The position numbers and the translations under genes were made by a program. A stretch of 34,365 nucleotides of DNA from an uncultured Dehalococcoidales bacterium. Its GTDB lineage: Bacteria; Chloroflexota; Dehalococcoidia; Dehalococcoidales; ARS1013. The first letter of the stretch is position 1. The number at the start of each line of letters is the position of its first letter. The notes beneath the pieces are model-generated. The model had not been told where the DNA came from and did no database searches. It saw only the letters and a list, made by a program, of their open reading frames with translations. Of this stretch, positions 22,369-30,456 are shown one piece after another. The stretch covers positions 1 to 34,365 of the forward strand of contig CAJWSH010000001.1 of the NCBI GenBank assembly GCA_913046255.1. Reading direction: 5' to 3'.

Positions 22369-22634
22369 TTTTTCTCCTTTGCTGCCTTAAACTTTTCTAT
22401 AATGCCTACCTTAGTTAGAAGTCTAGTGGCAGTGTCTGTTGGTTGAGCTCCGTTTTTTAGCCAGTAGAGTGCCTTTTCTTCATCAATAACCACTGTTTTC
22501 GGATCTGTCATGGGGTTATAATGCCCAATAATACTAATGAAAGCCCCATTACGGGGTGCGCGAGCATCGGCTACTACCAGCCGGTAGCTTGGTTTTTTGG
22601 GGGCACCCATTCTTCGTAGTCTAATCTTTACCAT
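22365..22634 (-). CDS. rpsP: 30S ribosomal protein S16
   Basis: 89 aa beginning [30 protein letters not shown], followed by IGHYNP and [11 protein letters not shown]. Confidence 0.96.
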   Translation of the reverse strand: MVKIRLRRMGAPKKPSYRLVVADARAPRNGAFISIIGHYNPMTDPKTVVIDEEKALYWLKNGAQPTDTATRLLTKVGIIEKFKAAKEKK

Positions 22635-22658
22635 TCTTGCCTGTCCTTCCTTTTAATT

Positions 22659-22687
22659 ATTATGCACCATAATCATTTAGGTGTCAA
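22659..22687 (-). promoter_or_regulatory. Putative sigma-70 promoter of rpsP
   Basis: On the minus strand: TTGACA (complement of 22682-22687), a 17-nt spacer, then CATAAT (complement of 22659-22664) preceded by TG. Confidence 0.45.
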
Positions 22688-22770
22688 CAGTGTTTAAACA
22701 ATTAGTCTTTAGCTACTTGCGATGGCCGATATATTTGCAGGCAAGCTGCTATATTGGCTATAATTAAGGT

Positions 22771-23465
22771 ATGGAAGTAGAGAGACTATACGATTGGCGG
22801 CTTAATATCGACCAAATTCTGGAGATGCAGCGTTGGCTTCAGGATCGAGTTTCTCGAAGCGAACGAGTTACCAGTCCGTGCTTTATCGTTGGAGTGGATA
22901 TTGCAACCGGTAAAGATGGAGGAATGACTTTAGTGGCTACTATGGTTCCTAGCTATCCTCGGCTTGGACTAGTAGAAATGGCAGTGGCTCAAGGAGAGTT
23001 TGATTTTCCTTATATCCCGGAGCTTCTCTCTTTCAGGGACCCACCTTTAATATTGGGTGCCTGTGGCAAGCTCTCAGTCACTCCAGATCTTATTTTAGTT
23101 GACGAACAAAGAGTTACCCATCCCCGACGAATGGGCCTTGCCTGCCATCTATGTCTTTTAACGGATACGTCGACAATTGACTACGCTAAACCTCGATTTT
23201 GTGGCAGCCATCGCCTGCTCGGCAATAAACCAGGCGGCTACGCTGAAATGGTGGGCAGTGGCGAAAATATAGGCGTCGCTCTTTGTGGGCTAGGCTTGGC
23301 GTGAAGCCTATTTATATTTCCACGGACCATAAGATTAATCTTGAAAACACCACTTACTGAATACTAAAGCGTTTGAAAGGCTATCGCTTATCGGAGTCAA
23401 CACGCCTTGCTCATCTGGTGGCCGGGAGGAGCCTTAAGAATGAGAAAGCTTTGGCAGCACTTTAG
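22771..23465 (+). pseudogene. nfi: Endonuclease V, frameshifted and interrupted
   Basis: The listed 177-aa ORF covers only the EndoV N-terminal two thirds (FPYIPELLSFRD, LVDEQRVTHPRRMG, TIDYAKPRFCG). The remainder continues one base out of frame from about 23280 (LWARLGVKPIYISTDHKINLENTTY). It then hits TGA at 23358-23360 and resumes as ILKRLKGYRLSESTRLAHLVAG until TAG 23463-23465. Conserved glycines are replaced: VDGxG reads VDEQR and IGVAK reads IDYAK. Confidence 0.8.
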
Positions 23466-23515
23466 GCAGGAATCAAGGGAATTTAGTTAACTAGAATAGA
23501 TTTTGGAGTTATTAG

Positions 23516-24623
23516 ATGCAAGAGTTAAAAGACAAACTAAAGGATTTACAGGCTAGAATCTCTATGGCAATGGTGCATCTTTGACATTGCTGATAAAGAA
23601 GAGGAGATAACTAGACTGGAGAAGTGCGCTGCTCAGCCCGAATTCTGGTTGGATCAGGTCGAAGCACAGAAGGTTATGCGGCGTTTAGCCGAGGTAAAAA
23701 AGCTAGTAGGCGTATGGCACGGACTGACAAAAGAAGTAACTGACGTTAATGATTTAATTTCTTTGGGGGAAGAGGAAAAGGACATTTTATTTGAAGCTGA
23801 CCTTCAGTCTCGTTTAAGCCAGATTGCCTCCTATCTTGACGAGTTTGAACTGGAGATGGCTTTTAGTGGCGAGTATGATGTTAGGAGCGCTATACTAGCT
23901 ATCAAAGCCGGGGCTGGCGGCACCGACTCTCAGGATTGGGCGCAGATGTTACTTAGATTGTATCTTCGCTGGGCTGAGCGGCGTGGTTATCAGGCCGAGG
24001 TATTGGATACTTCTCCGGGTGAAGAGGCTGGTATAAAGAGTGCTGTTGTTGAGGTGAGCGGTGAGCACGCCTTTGGCTATCTGAAATCGGAGCACGGTGT
24101 TCATCGACTGGTTCGTCTTTCCCCTTTTGATGCAGACCATGCTCGCCATACCTCCTTTGCTCTAGTGGAGATTTTGCCTAAAGCAGAAGAAGATATCGAT
24201 ATCAAGATAGCTTCAGACGATTTGAAGATTGAAACCTTTCGGTCTAGCGGACCCGGGGGGCAACATATGCAGAAAACGAGCAGTGCTGTCAGAATTACTC
24301 ATCAGTTGACAGGGATAGTGGTTACTTGCCAAAGTGAGCGTTCTCAGCACCAGAATAAGGAGATTGCTTTTAAAATTCTTGAAGCTCGCCTGCTAAAGCT
24401 GGAGCTGGCTAGGAGAAATGAAGAAAAGGCTAAGTTTAGAGGAAAGCGCATAGTTGCTGGTTGGGGCAACCAGATAAGAAGTTATGTTCTCCATCCGTAT
24501 AAGATGGTAAAAGATCACCGTACTGATTATCAAACAGGCGATACCGAAGTAGTCCTAGATGGGAACATAGACGAGTTTATTACTGCTTATTTAAGGTCAG
24601 GTCTGGGCAAGGAAGATGATTAA
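23516..24623 (+). CDS. prfB: Peptide chain release factor 2, join(23516..23581,23583..24623) via programmed +1 frameshift
   Basis: ORF0 is ATG 23516...MQELKDKLKDLQARISMAMVHL ending in CTT TGA C. The +1 frame continues DIADKEEEITRLEKCAAQPEFW into the listed ORF. The SPF tripeptide (RLSPFD) and GGQ (SGPGGQH) are present. The joined length is about 368 aa. Confidence 0.95.
23572..23585 (+). promoter_or_regulatory. prfB autoregulatory +1 frameshift site
   Basis: GGTG-CAT-CTT-TGA-C is a weak SD-like GGTG placed 3 nt before the slippery CUU UGA C. This is the same architecture as the well-characterised E. coli prfB site. Confidence 0.85.
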
Positions 24624-25728
24624 AAAGACCGCTATTTTAGTTCTGGTGATTAGCCTGTTGCTGTCAGTATTAAGCCCGGTCTCAACTCAAGCCCAGACCG
24701 AGTTGACAATACTTGAAAGCTCGGCAACAGCAGAATTTCCTGATGAGCTTAGTTTCAGTTTGTCAGCTGAAAGCGCGGCTTATATTACTGATATCCGTCT
24801 CCACTACCAGGTTTATAAGGACAGTTTCGCCAGAGTAACAAGTGAGGCACATATTGAGTTTGCCGTTGCTTCCAGTATCACTGTTAGCTGGAGTTGGGAT
24901 ATGAGAAAAACAGGAGCATTACCTCCAGGGGCTACTGTAGGGTACTGGTGGAGCGTAACAGACGCCAGTGGTAGCATGGTTAGCACGGCGCCGGCTGCTG
25001 TGCAGTTTGATGATAATCGCTACTCATGGCAAAGTCTAACTTCAGGTGAACTAACTCTATACTGGTACCGGGGTGATGATTCCTTTGCTTGGGAAATAAT
25101 GGATGCTGCCCAAAAGGCGCTGACTCGAATAGCTCAGGATACTGGAGTTCATCTTATGAAACCAGTTAGTCTCTATATCTATGCCAGTGCTCAAGAGTTG
25201 CAAGAGGCGATGGTTTTCTCTCAAGAATGGACCGGGGGATTGGCCTATACTAGATATGGGGTTATCGCCATTGGCATAGCCCCAAATAATCTTCAATGGG
25301 GTAAACGAGCCACCATTCATGAGCTGGCGCATCTGGTGACGCAACAGATGACCTTTAATCCCTATAATTACCTGCCTAATTGGCTTAATGAGGGCCTATC
25401 TATGTATGCAGAAGGGGAATTGGAAGCTCTATATGTAGATTATTTAGAGCAAGGAGTGACTGAAAACAGTCTTATCTCGGTGCGGAGTCTGGCAAGTCCC
25501 TTTTCAGCTTTTGCCGGGCAAACCTATCTCGCCTATGCTCAGAGCTATAGCTTGATTGAGTTCTTAATTAGCAGTTTTGGACACGATAGGATGTATAAAC
25601 TGCTCAGTACTTTTAAGCAAGGCAACAGTCATGATGGCGTCTTGATGAAGGTTTATGGCTTCGATATGGACGGTCTGGACAACTTGTGGCGTGACTGGAT
25701 AACTAAGCGATACTATCTGGGAGCATAA
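24616..25728 (+). CDS. Secreted peptidase MA-like zinc metalloprotease (HExxH)
   Basis: 370 aa. The signal peptide reads MIKKTAILVLVISLLLSVLSPVSTQAQ. HELAH is followed about 20 aa later by NEGLSMYAEG, a gluzincin-type third ligand. The ATG overlaps the prfB stop (ATGATTAA). Confidence 0.75.
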   Translation: MIKKTAILVLVISLLLSVLSPVSTQAQTELTILESSATAEFPDELSFSLSAESAAYITDIRLHYQVYKDSFARVTSEAHIEFAVASSITVSWSWDMRKTGALPPGATVGYWWSVTDASGSMVSTAPAAVQFDDNRYSWQSLTSGELTLYWYRGDDSFAWEIMDAAQKALTRIAQDTGVHLMKPVSLYIYASAQELQEAMVFSQEWTGGLAYTRYGVIAIGIAPNNLQWGKRATIHELAHLVTQQMTFNPYNYLPNWLNEGLSMYAEGELEALYVDYLEQGVTENSLISVRSLASPFSAFAGQTYLAYAQSYSLIEFLISSFGHDRMYKLLSTFKQGNSHDGVLMKVYGFDMDGLDNLWRDWITKRYYLGA

Positions 25729-25737
25729 GACTAAGAA

Positions 25738-27324
25738 ATGAAAAGAATAATATACGCTGTTGTTACATTGACACTGATAATCAGCCTGCTAGTGTTCTAC
25801 CTGCTCAGCGGTTGTCCGTCTGGTCAGACTTCTGAGCATGTTCTCAACCTTTATGGTGTTGATCCACTAACGCTTGACCCGACGGTTGGTAGTGATGCCA
25901 CCTCACATGGATATATGAGGCAGTTGTTTAGTGGCTTACTGCATCTTGGCGATAAGTTAGAACCAGCGCCAGATATCGCCTGGCGCTGGGACCTTAGTAA
26001 TGACAGCAAGACATATACTTTCTATTTGCGAGATAATGTTTTCTTCCATAATGGCAGGATAGTTAAGGCGGAGGACATTAAATACTCCTGGGAGCATGCT
26101 TTAAATCCGACTACTGGATCTCAAACTGCAGCCACCTATCTTGGGGATATTGTCGGTGCCAATGAAGTGTTGGCTGGTAAAAGTCAAGAGATTAGTGGCC
26201 TTAGGGTTATTGATGATTACACCATTAGTGTAACCATAGATGAACCTAAATCTTATTTTCTGTCCAAATTGACTTATGTTACTACCTTTGTGGTTGATAG
26301 AGATAATATAGCTCAGGGCAACGAATGGTGGCGCCACCCCAATGGTACTGGCCCGTTTAAATTAAGACAATGGGATGAAAGCAGTCAGCTTGTGCTGGAG
26401 AGGAACGAGCTTTACTACAATGATTTAGCAGGTGTTGAGCTTGTTATCTTTCATTTATGGGCTGGCGTGCCGATGAATATGTATGAGACGGGTCAGATTG
26501 ATATCAGCCAAGTTGACCTTGCTTATGTTGATAGGATCAATGATAAGACTGGTAGCTTTTATCAGGATCTAGTGGTTGTCCCTGAGTTGAGCTTTTACTA
26601 TATTGGCTTTAATACTACTAAACCACCGTTTGATGATGCCAGTATTCGCCGCGCTTTTTCCCAGACTGTTGATAAGGATAAACTAGTTTCTCTAGTATTT
26701 AAGGATATGGTACAGCCAGCCGATGGCATCCTGCCGCCAGGTATGCCTGGTTTCAATAAAGATTTATCAGGGCTTGATTTTGATGTAGATGGAGCAAAAG
26801 CGTTGATTGCCACTTCAAGCTATGGTGATGTATCTAATTTGCCGCCCATCACTATTACTACTTTAGGCTGGGGAGGGCTAATATCGCAGGAGTTGGAGGC
26901 CATTATTTATGAATGGCGTCTTAATCTGGGGGTGGAGGTGGATGTACGACAATTGGAACCACAGGTGTTTCTCTATGACCTCCTTAGAGAGAAGGATGAG
27001 ATGTATTATATGGGTTGGATAGCTGATTATCCCCACCCACAGAACTTTCTTGAAGTCCTGTTTTCCGGCGTATCTGAATACAACTATGGCCAATATACTA
27101 ATCCGGAGGTGGATGCCTTGCTTAGGATAGCAGGTATTCAGCAGGATACCACGCTCAGCCTTGAGATGTATCAGCAGGTTGAACAAGTCCTGATTGGCGA
27201 TGTTGCCTGTATTCCCTTATGGTTCGGGCAAAACTATCTCCTTATTAAGCTTTATGTTAAGGGGTATAACCTAAATCTGTTGGGCTATGCCAGATTAGAT
27301 AGCGTCTCTGTTGAGCCTCATTGA
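25738..27324 (+). CDS. ABC transporter substrate-binding protein, family 5 (peptide/nickel type), lipoprotein
   Basis: 528 aa with a lipobox LLSGC. Family-5 SBP features include LDP, TYTFYLRDNVFFHNG, GTGPFKL and YYIGFNT. No permease or ATPase genes are adjacent. Confidence 0.85.
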   Translation: MKRIIYAVVTLTLIISLLVFYLLSGCPSGQTSEHVLNLYGVDPLTLDPTVGSDATSHGYMRQLFSGLLHLGDKLEPAPDIAWRWDLSNDSKTYTFYLRDNVFFHNGRIVKAEDIKYSWEHALNPTTGSQTAATYLGDIVGANEVLAGKSQEISGLRVIDDYTISVTIDEPKSYFLSKLTYVTTFVVDRDNIAQGNEWWRHPNGTGPFKLRQWDESSQLVLERNELYYNDLAGVELVIFHLWAGVPMNMYETGQIDISQVDLAYVDRINDKTGSFYQDLVVVPELSFYYIGFNTTKPPFDDASIRRAFSQTVDKDKLVSLVFKDMVQPADGILPPGMPGFNKDLSGLDFDVDGAKALIATSSYGDVSNLPPITITTLGWGGLISQELEAIIYEWRLNLGVEVDVRQLEPQVFLYDLLREKDEMYYMGWIADYPHPQNFLEVLFSGVSEYNYGQYTNPEVDALLRIAGIQQDTTLSLEMYQQVEQVLIGDVACIPLWFGQNYLLIKLYVKGYNLNLLGYARLDSVSVEPH

Positions 27325-27365
27325 CGGCGATCTCGGTACCCTCCTTTGTGCTAACGGTTTGACTA

Positions 27366-27740
27366 TTGTCTGCAGTCCAGTACCGGGTGCCGAACGGAGG
27401 TTGGTGGGTTTTGCGGTATCAAACTTATTTCTCATCGCAGTTGCCCATCTTCTCGAATAAAAATGTTTCGATCTCACTGGTGACGGCGAAGCAGAGATTC
27501 AAGAGTGCTCCGAGTTGCCCTACTTATTTTACTAAGCAGGGGCGAATTGTCTCTTGGATTACAGAAATATCGCTGATCTACGAGGAATTGGTCGAATTGG
27601 CACGTAACGCGGTAGCTGCAGAGAGGACGATTGTGTTAGCACTGGTAGATGAAATGGCTAATCTCCTGTGGTGCACTTATAGTCCCGCATCGAATATTAC
27701 TTATTTGGTAGGTATGGAAGGTAAGATTGTGGAAAAGTAG
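27366..27740 (+). CDS. Hypothetical ORF; possibly a decayed thioredoxin-fold (deiodinase-like) gene
   Basis: There is no RBS and the N-terminal half looks non-protein-like. Only the last ~40 aa (ERTIVLALVDEMANLLWCTYSPASNITYLVGMEGKIVEK) resemble the C-terminal strands of thioredoxin-fold proteins. No CxxC or TCP-type catalytic motif is present. Confidence 0.2.
   Translation: MSAVQYRVPNGGWWVLRYQTYFSSQLPIFSNKNVSISLVTAKQRFKSAPSCPTYFTKQGRIVSWITEISLIYEELVELARNAVAAERTIVLALVDEMANLLWCTYSPASNITYLVGMEGKIVEK
27395..27416 (+). repeat. Possible degenerate direct repeat of the tRNA-Ser 3' end (att-like)
   Basis: CGGAGGTTGGTGGGTTTTGCGG compares with the plus-strand tRNA end CGGAGGGGGTGGGATTCGAA (30738-30757). 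The CGGAGG and GGTGGG blocks are identical, giving about 15 of 21 aligned positions with one gap, in the same orientation. Confidence 0.25.
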
Positions 27741-27877
27741 ATCTGGTATGACTCACAACAGATAAGGCAACTATTTTAGCATATGCCTCCCTGTAAAAGT
27801 GGCAACATAGCCCATCATTCATTGAAATATAACTCGACACTTCATCAGATTGTGCAGTTTAAAAAAGTTCTACAAAA

Positions 27878-28336
27878 TCAGTCTTTCAGACTATCTAAGG
27901 TTTCCAATGCCGTGTCTACATGCGTGTGCATGTCAGTTTCAGAGCGAATGACCTTCCTAATAATATTGTCCTTATCGATAATGAAAGTCACCCTTTTTAG
28001 CAGTAGAAGACCTCCTAGGCGCAAGACACCAAACATTTGAGAAAGCTCCTTCCTTTTATCGGATATCAATAGAAAGTTCAGATTGTGTTTTCCTTGGAAT
28101 CTTTGGTGACTGGTTTCCGTATCAAGACTGACACCCAAAATCACGGCGTTCCTTTTCTCGAATTCATCCTTAGTATCCCGAAAATAGCAGGCCTCTCGGG
28201 TACATCCGGGGGAATCGTCCTTGGGGTAGAAAAAGAGCACCAAGTTCCTTTTACCCACAAAGTCTGAGTATTTGATTCTGTCCCCTTGGGTAGTTGTAGC
28301 TTCAAAATCGGGTATCTTTTCTCCGACTTCCAGCAT
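27878..28336 (-). CDS. bcp: Thioredoxin-dependent peroxiredoxin (Bcp/PrxQ type)
   Basis: 152 aa with RBS AGGAGG. Motifs are PDFEA, LVLFFYPKDDSPGCTREAC and TFIIDKDNIIRKV. Confidence 0.92.
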   Translation of the reverse strand: MLEVGEKIPDFEATTTQGDRIKYSDFVGKRNLVLFFYPKDDSPGCTREACYFRDTKDEFEKRNAVILGVSLDTETSHQRFQGKHNLNFLLISDKRKELSQMFGVLRLGGLLLLKRVTFIIDKDNIIRKVIRSETDMHTHVDTALETLDSLKD

Positions 28337-28384
28337 AATTATAACCTCCTAATAGTCGGCCCAGGCTAGCTTGAGTAGAGCTAG

Positions 28385-28413
28385 AGTCTAATCTTCGATT
28401 GGGTGATTGTCAA
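28385..28413 (-). promoter_or_regulatory. Putative sigma-70 promoter of bcp
   Basis: On the minus strand: TTGACA (complement of 28408-28413), a 17-nt spacer, then TAGACT (complement of 28385-28390). It lies about 50 nt upstream of the ATG. Confidence 0.5.
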
Positions 28414-28483
28414 TACTTGTTCTCTAAGCCACACTCGTTATATTTGCATGCTCCAATGTCTTTTAGATTCGTCTTAAGCCCAA

Positions 28484-28535
28484 TCATTACGCCACCAAAT
28501 TTAAGACGAGTATTAAAGCGTGCATTGGAGAAATG
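28484..28535. repeat. Duplicated element, copy A (upstream of bcp, downstream of hsp20)
   Basis: Sequence is ATTACGCCACCAAATTTAAGACGAGTATTAAAGCGTGCATTGGAGAAATG. The 24-nt core at 28512-28535 matches 29284-29307 at 22 of 24 positions. Confidence 0.7.
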
Positions 28536-28600
28536 ATCTGTTGAAACTATTGCTGACAAAGAAGAAAATAGGGGGACTGAGAAATTGTTATAAAGAGAAA

Positions 28601-28622
28601 GGGCTGAATCGAAATCCAGCCC
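28601..28622 (-). terminator. Probable intrinsic terminator of hsp20
   Basis: On the minus strand: GGGCTG-GATTTCGATT-CAGCCC followed by TTTCTCTTTAT, starting 25 nt after the hsp20 stop. Confidence 0.5.
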
Positions 28623-28647
28623 GTAATAAACTAGCAATAAGCTCGTG

Positions 28648-29145
28648 TTATTTCTCTTTTTTTGTCTTCCCTGTACTCTTTGGGAGTCGTGCTTTAATCT
28701 CAATCTTCTTAGCCTTGACCTCTTCAACCTTGGGAAGCTTTATCTCCAGAACGCCGTTTTCAAATGTTGCTGATATCCCTCCTATCTTAACGGGATAAGG
28801 AAGCGTCACTGAGCGTGAATATTGCCCATAATACCGCTCACGAGTATGATGAGCAGCATCTTCTACTGTTTCTTCCCTCTTTTCGGCCTTGATGGTCAGC
28901 CTATCACCTTCAAGTATTATATCTAGGTCTTCCTCATTAATACCAGGTAGTTCGGCCTTTACGACCAGCTGGTCTGCCTCCTCGTAGACATCAGTATATG
29001 GAATCAAACCAGTGTCGAGTTCCGACGGTTCCCAAGAATCCCAAGTTCTCCTTGCAATCTTATCCATTTCATCAAACAGATTCCATCGCTGGTAGAACGG
29101 AGCCAAGGCATGCCGTTCGCTATTTCTTCTAAGGACAATGCTCAT
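28648..29145 (-). CDS. Hsp20/alpha-crystallin family small heat-shock protein
   Basis: 165 aa with RBS AGGAGG. The alpha-crystallin domain reads DVYEEADQLVVKAELPGINEEDLDIILEGDRLTIKAEK...GQYSRSVTLP...ATFENGVLEIKLPK. Confidence 0.93.
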   Translation of the reverse strand: MSIVLRRNSERHALAPFYQRWNLFDEMDKIARRTWDSWEPSELDTGLIPYTDVYEEADQLVVKAELPGINEEDLDIILEGDRLTIKAEKREETVEDAAHHTRERYYGQYSRSVTLPYPVKIGGISATFENGVLEIKLPKVEEVKAKKIEIKARLPKSTGKTKKEK

Positions 29146-29236
29146 TTCAAACCTCCTATTTATTACTAAATATTCATTAACAATACTATATCAAGGTATT
29201 AGTATGTTGAATATGACTATTATCACAATAATTAAA

Positions 29237-29307
29237 ATTAATACCACCAAACGCAAGATTAAGCGACAGAAGTTAGGATGAATATTAAAGCGTGTATTGG
29301 GGAAATG
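29237..29307. repeat. Duplicated element, copy B (upstream of hsp20)
   Basis: Sequence is ATTAATACCACCAAACGCAAGATTAAGCGACAGAAGTTAGGATGAATATTAAAGCGTGTATTGGGGAAATG. It has the same blocks as copy A (CCACCAAA, TTAAG.CGA, ATTAAAGCGTG.ATTGG.GAAATG) plus about 20 extra nt. Confidence 0.7.
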
Positions 29308-29814
29308 GCTAGTAAAAAAGTATATTGGTAATAAAAGAAGGAGATAAGCGATTGGCACTCTGTTCATTATGACAGGAGTTAAATGCTAGAATTAAGTATT
29401 AGTTTCTCTTTTAGATATTTCTAATGAAGCACATCATTTTTATTGTGTACTAGCAGCGTATTTAGAATCTCTTCATTGTGGTCATTTGCATGTCTCCACC
29501 ACAATCTTACTGCTTCACAATCGCCTTTTCTGTTAATTGTCTATTAATTCCCAATTGCCGCTCAACACATTTAAAGCACCGTATAGATTTTTCCTCTAGT
29601 GGCCATACATCAAATCGTGGTATTTGAATAATCTGGCCAGACCCATCTTTAATCATGAGTATATAAAAGATAAGTTAAAATGTTGGAGTGTTAAATAAAA
29701 GAACGTTTGCATTTGCTCAGTTGAGAAGGTATACTTGAGGAAAGTATGAGCCAAATGGCTTACTACAAATCCTACCTTGCCTACACACAATTATTATATT
29801 GAGGAGTTCGTATA

Positions 29815-30279
29815 ATGCGTAGTTTTGATAAAGCTGACCGCAAAAAGAAGAGCGCAAGAATTCAGCTACAAGAAAATCCTGGAAATCTTTCCAATGAAGT
29901 ACTTTGTCAGTTGGAAGACATGGTGAAAGCATCATTAAAAGGCGGCTATTTACCCTGTGCCGTGGCTTTTAAAATTGCAAAAGAGACTCAGGTTCCTAAA
30001 ATTGCTGTTGGAGAAATGATTGATAGACTTGGTATTCGCATCACAAATTGTCAAACCGGATGCTTTAAGGTAGACAAGACTATCCACGATAACTCAACTC
30101 ATGAGAATGTCGATGATAGGATTGTCTCCGGACTTAACGCTTTAAAGGAGATCAATGAACTTACATGTGCCAATGTATTTGATCTAGCTGAACAGCTGAA
30201 GTCAACTCCAATGGCAATTGCGGATGTGGCTAACCTTCGGAATTTGAAAATTTACAGTTGCCAGCTCGGGTGTTGGTAG
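29815..30279 (+). CDS. Hypothetical Cys-rich protein made of two tandem ~56-aa modules
   Basis: 154 aa with RBS GAGGAG 9 nt upstream. The N-terminal tail is basic. Module 1 (aa 29-84) and module 2 (aa 99-154) both end L-x-C-A-x2-F-x-[IL]-A...[RK]-I-x2-C-Q-x-G-C-[FW]. Cys spacing is identical: C48/C79/C83 and C118/C149/C153. I do not recognise the family. Confidence 0.6.
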   Translation: MRSFDKADRKKKSARIQLQENPGNLSNEVLCQLEDMVKASLKGGYLPCAVAFKIAKETQVPKIAVGEMIDRLGIRITNCQTGCFKVDKTIHDNSTHENVDDRIVSGLNALKEINELTCANVFDLAEQLKSTPMAIADVANLRNLKIYSCQLGCW

Positions 30280-30456
30280 TATGTATGCTGTGACTTATGC
30301 CTGATTTTCACTATGACTGATACCATTCTTCCACAAATTCGTCCAAAAATTTGAAATCTTTACCAGTAATATATTGGCACGAGTATAATTTAGGAGTGAC
30401 CTACCCCATTGAGAGTGCTGTATAATAATAACTATCAAACTTTACTGAGCATTTAA

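Noticed and set aside
23358-23360. The in-frame TGA in nfi as selenocysteine or other recoding
   Set aside because: The gene also has a frameshift and eroded catalytic motifs. EndoV is not a selenoprotein. prfB autoregulation indicates that UGA is an ordinary stop.
27783-28040. 85-aa plus-strand ORF
   Set aside because: It is antisense to the well-supported bcp gene and has no RBS.
28410-28727. 105-aa minus-strand ORF between bcp and hsp20
   Set aside because: It overlaps the hsp20 3' end and terminator hairpin, has no RBS, and shows no recognisable motif.
29284-29307. Reading the duplicated core (CCCCAATA on the gene strand) as a sigma-32-type -10 box driving hsp20
   Set aside because: No acceptable CTTGAA-like -35 lies at the right distance. 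The bcp copy reads CTCCAATG. bcp already has a good sigma-70 promoter downstream of its copy.
29462-29656. Minus-strand mini-ORF MIKDGSGQIIQIPRFDVWPLEEKSIRCFKCVERQLG...VKQ (49 aa) followed in frame after TAA by DCGGDMQMTTMKRF, considered as a broken zinc-ribbon gene
   Set aside because: There is no RBS. Only one CxxC pair plus a lone Cys is present, so it is not a complete zinc ribbon, and no family was recognised. It is kept only as a note within the AT-rich spacer.
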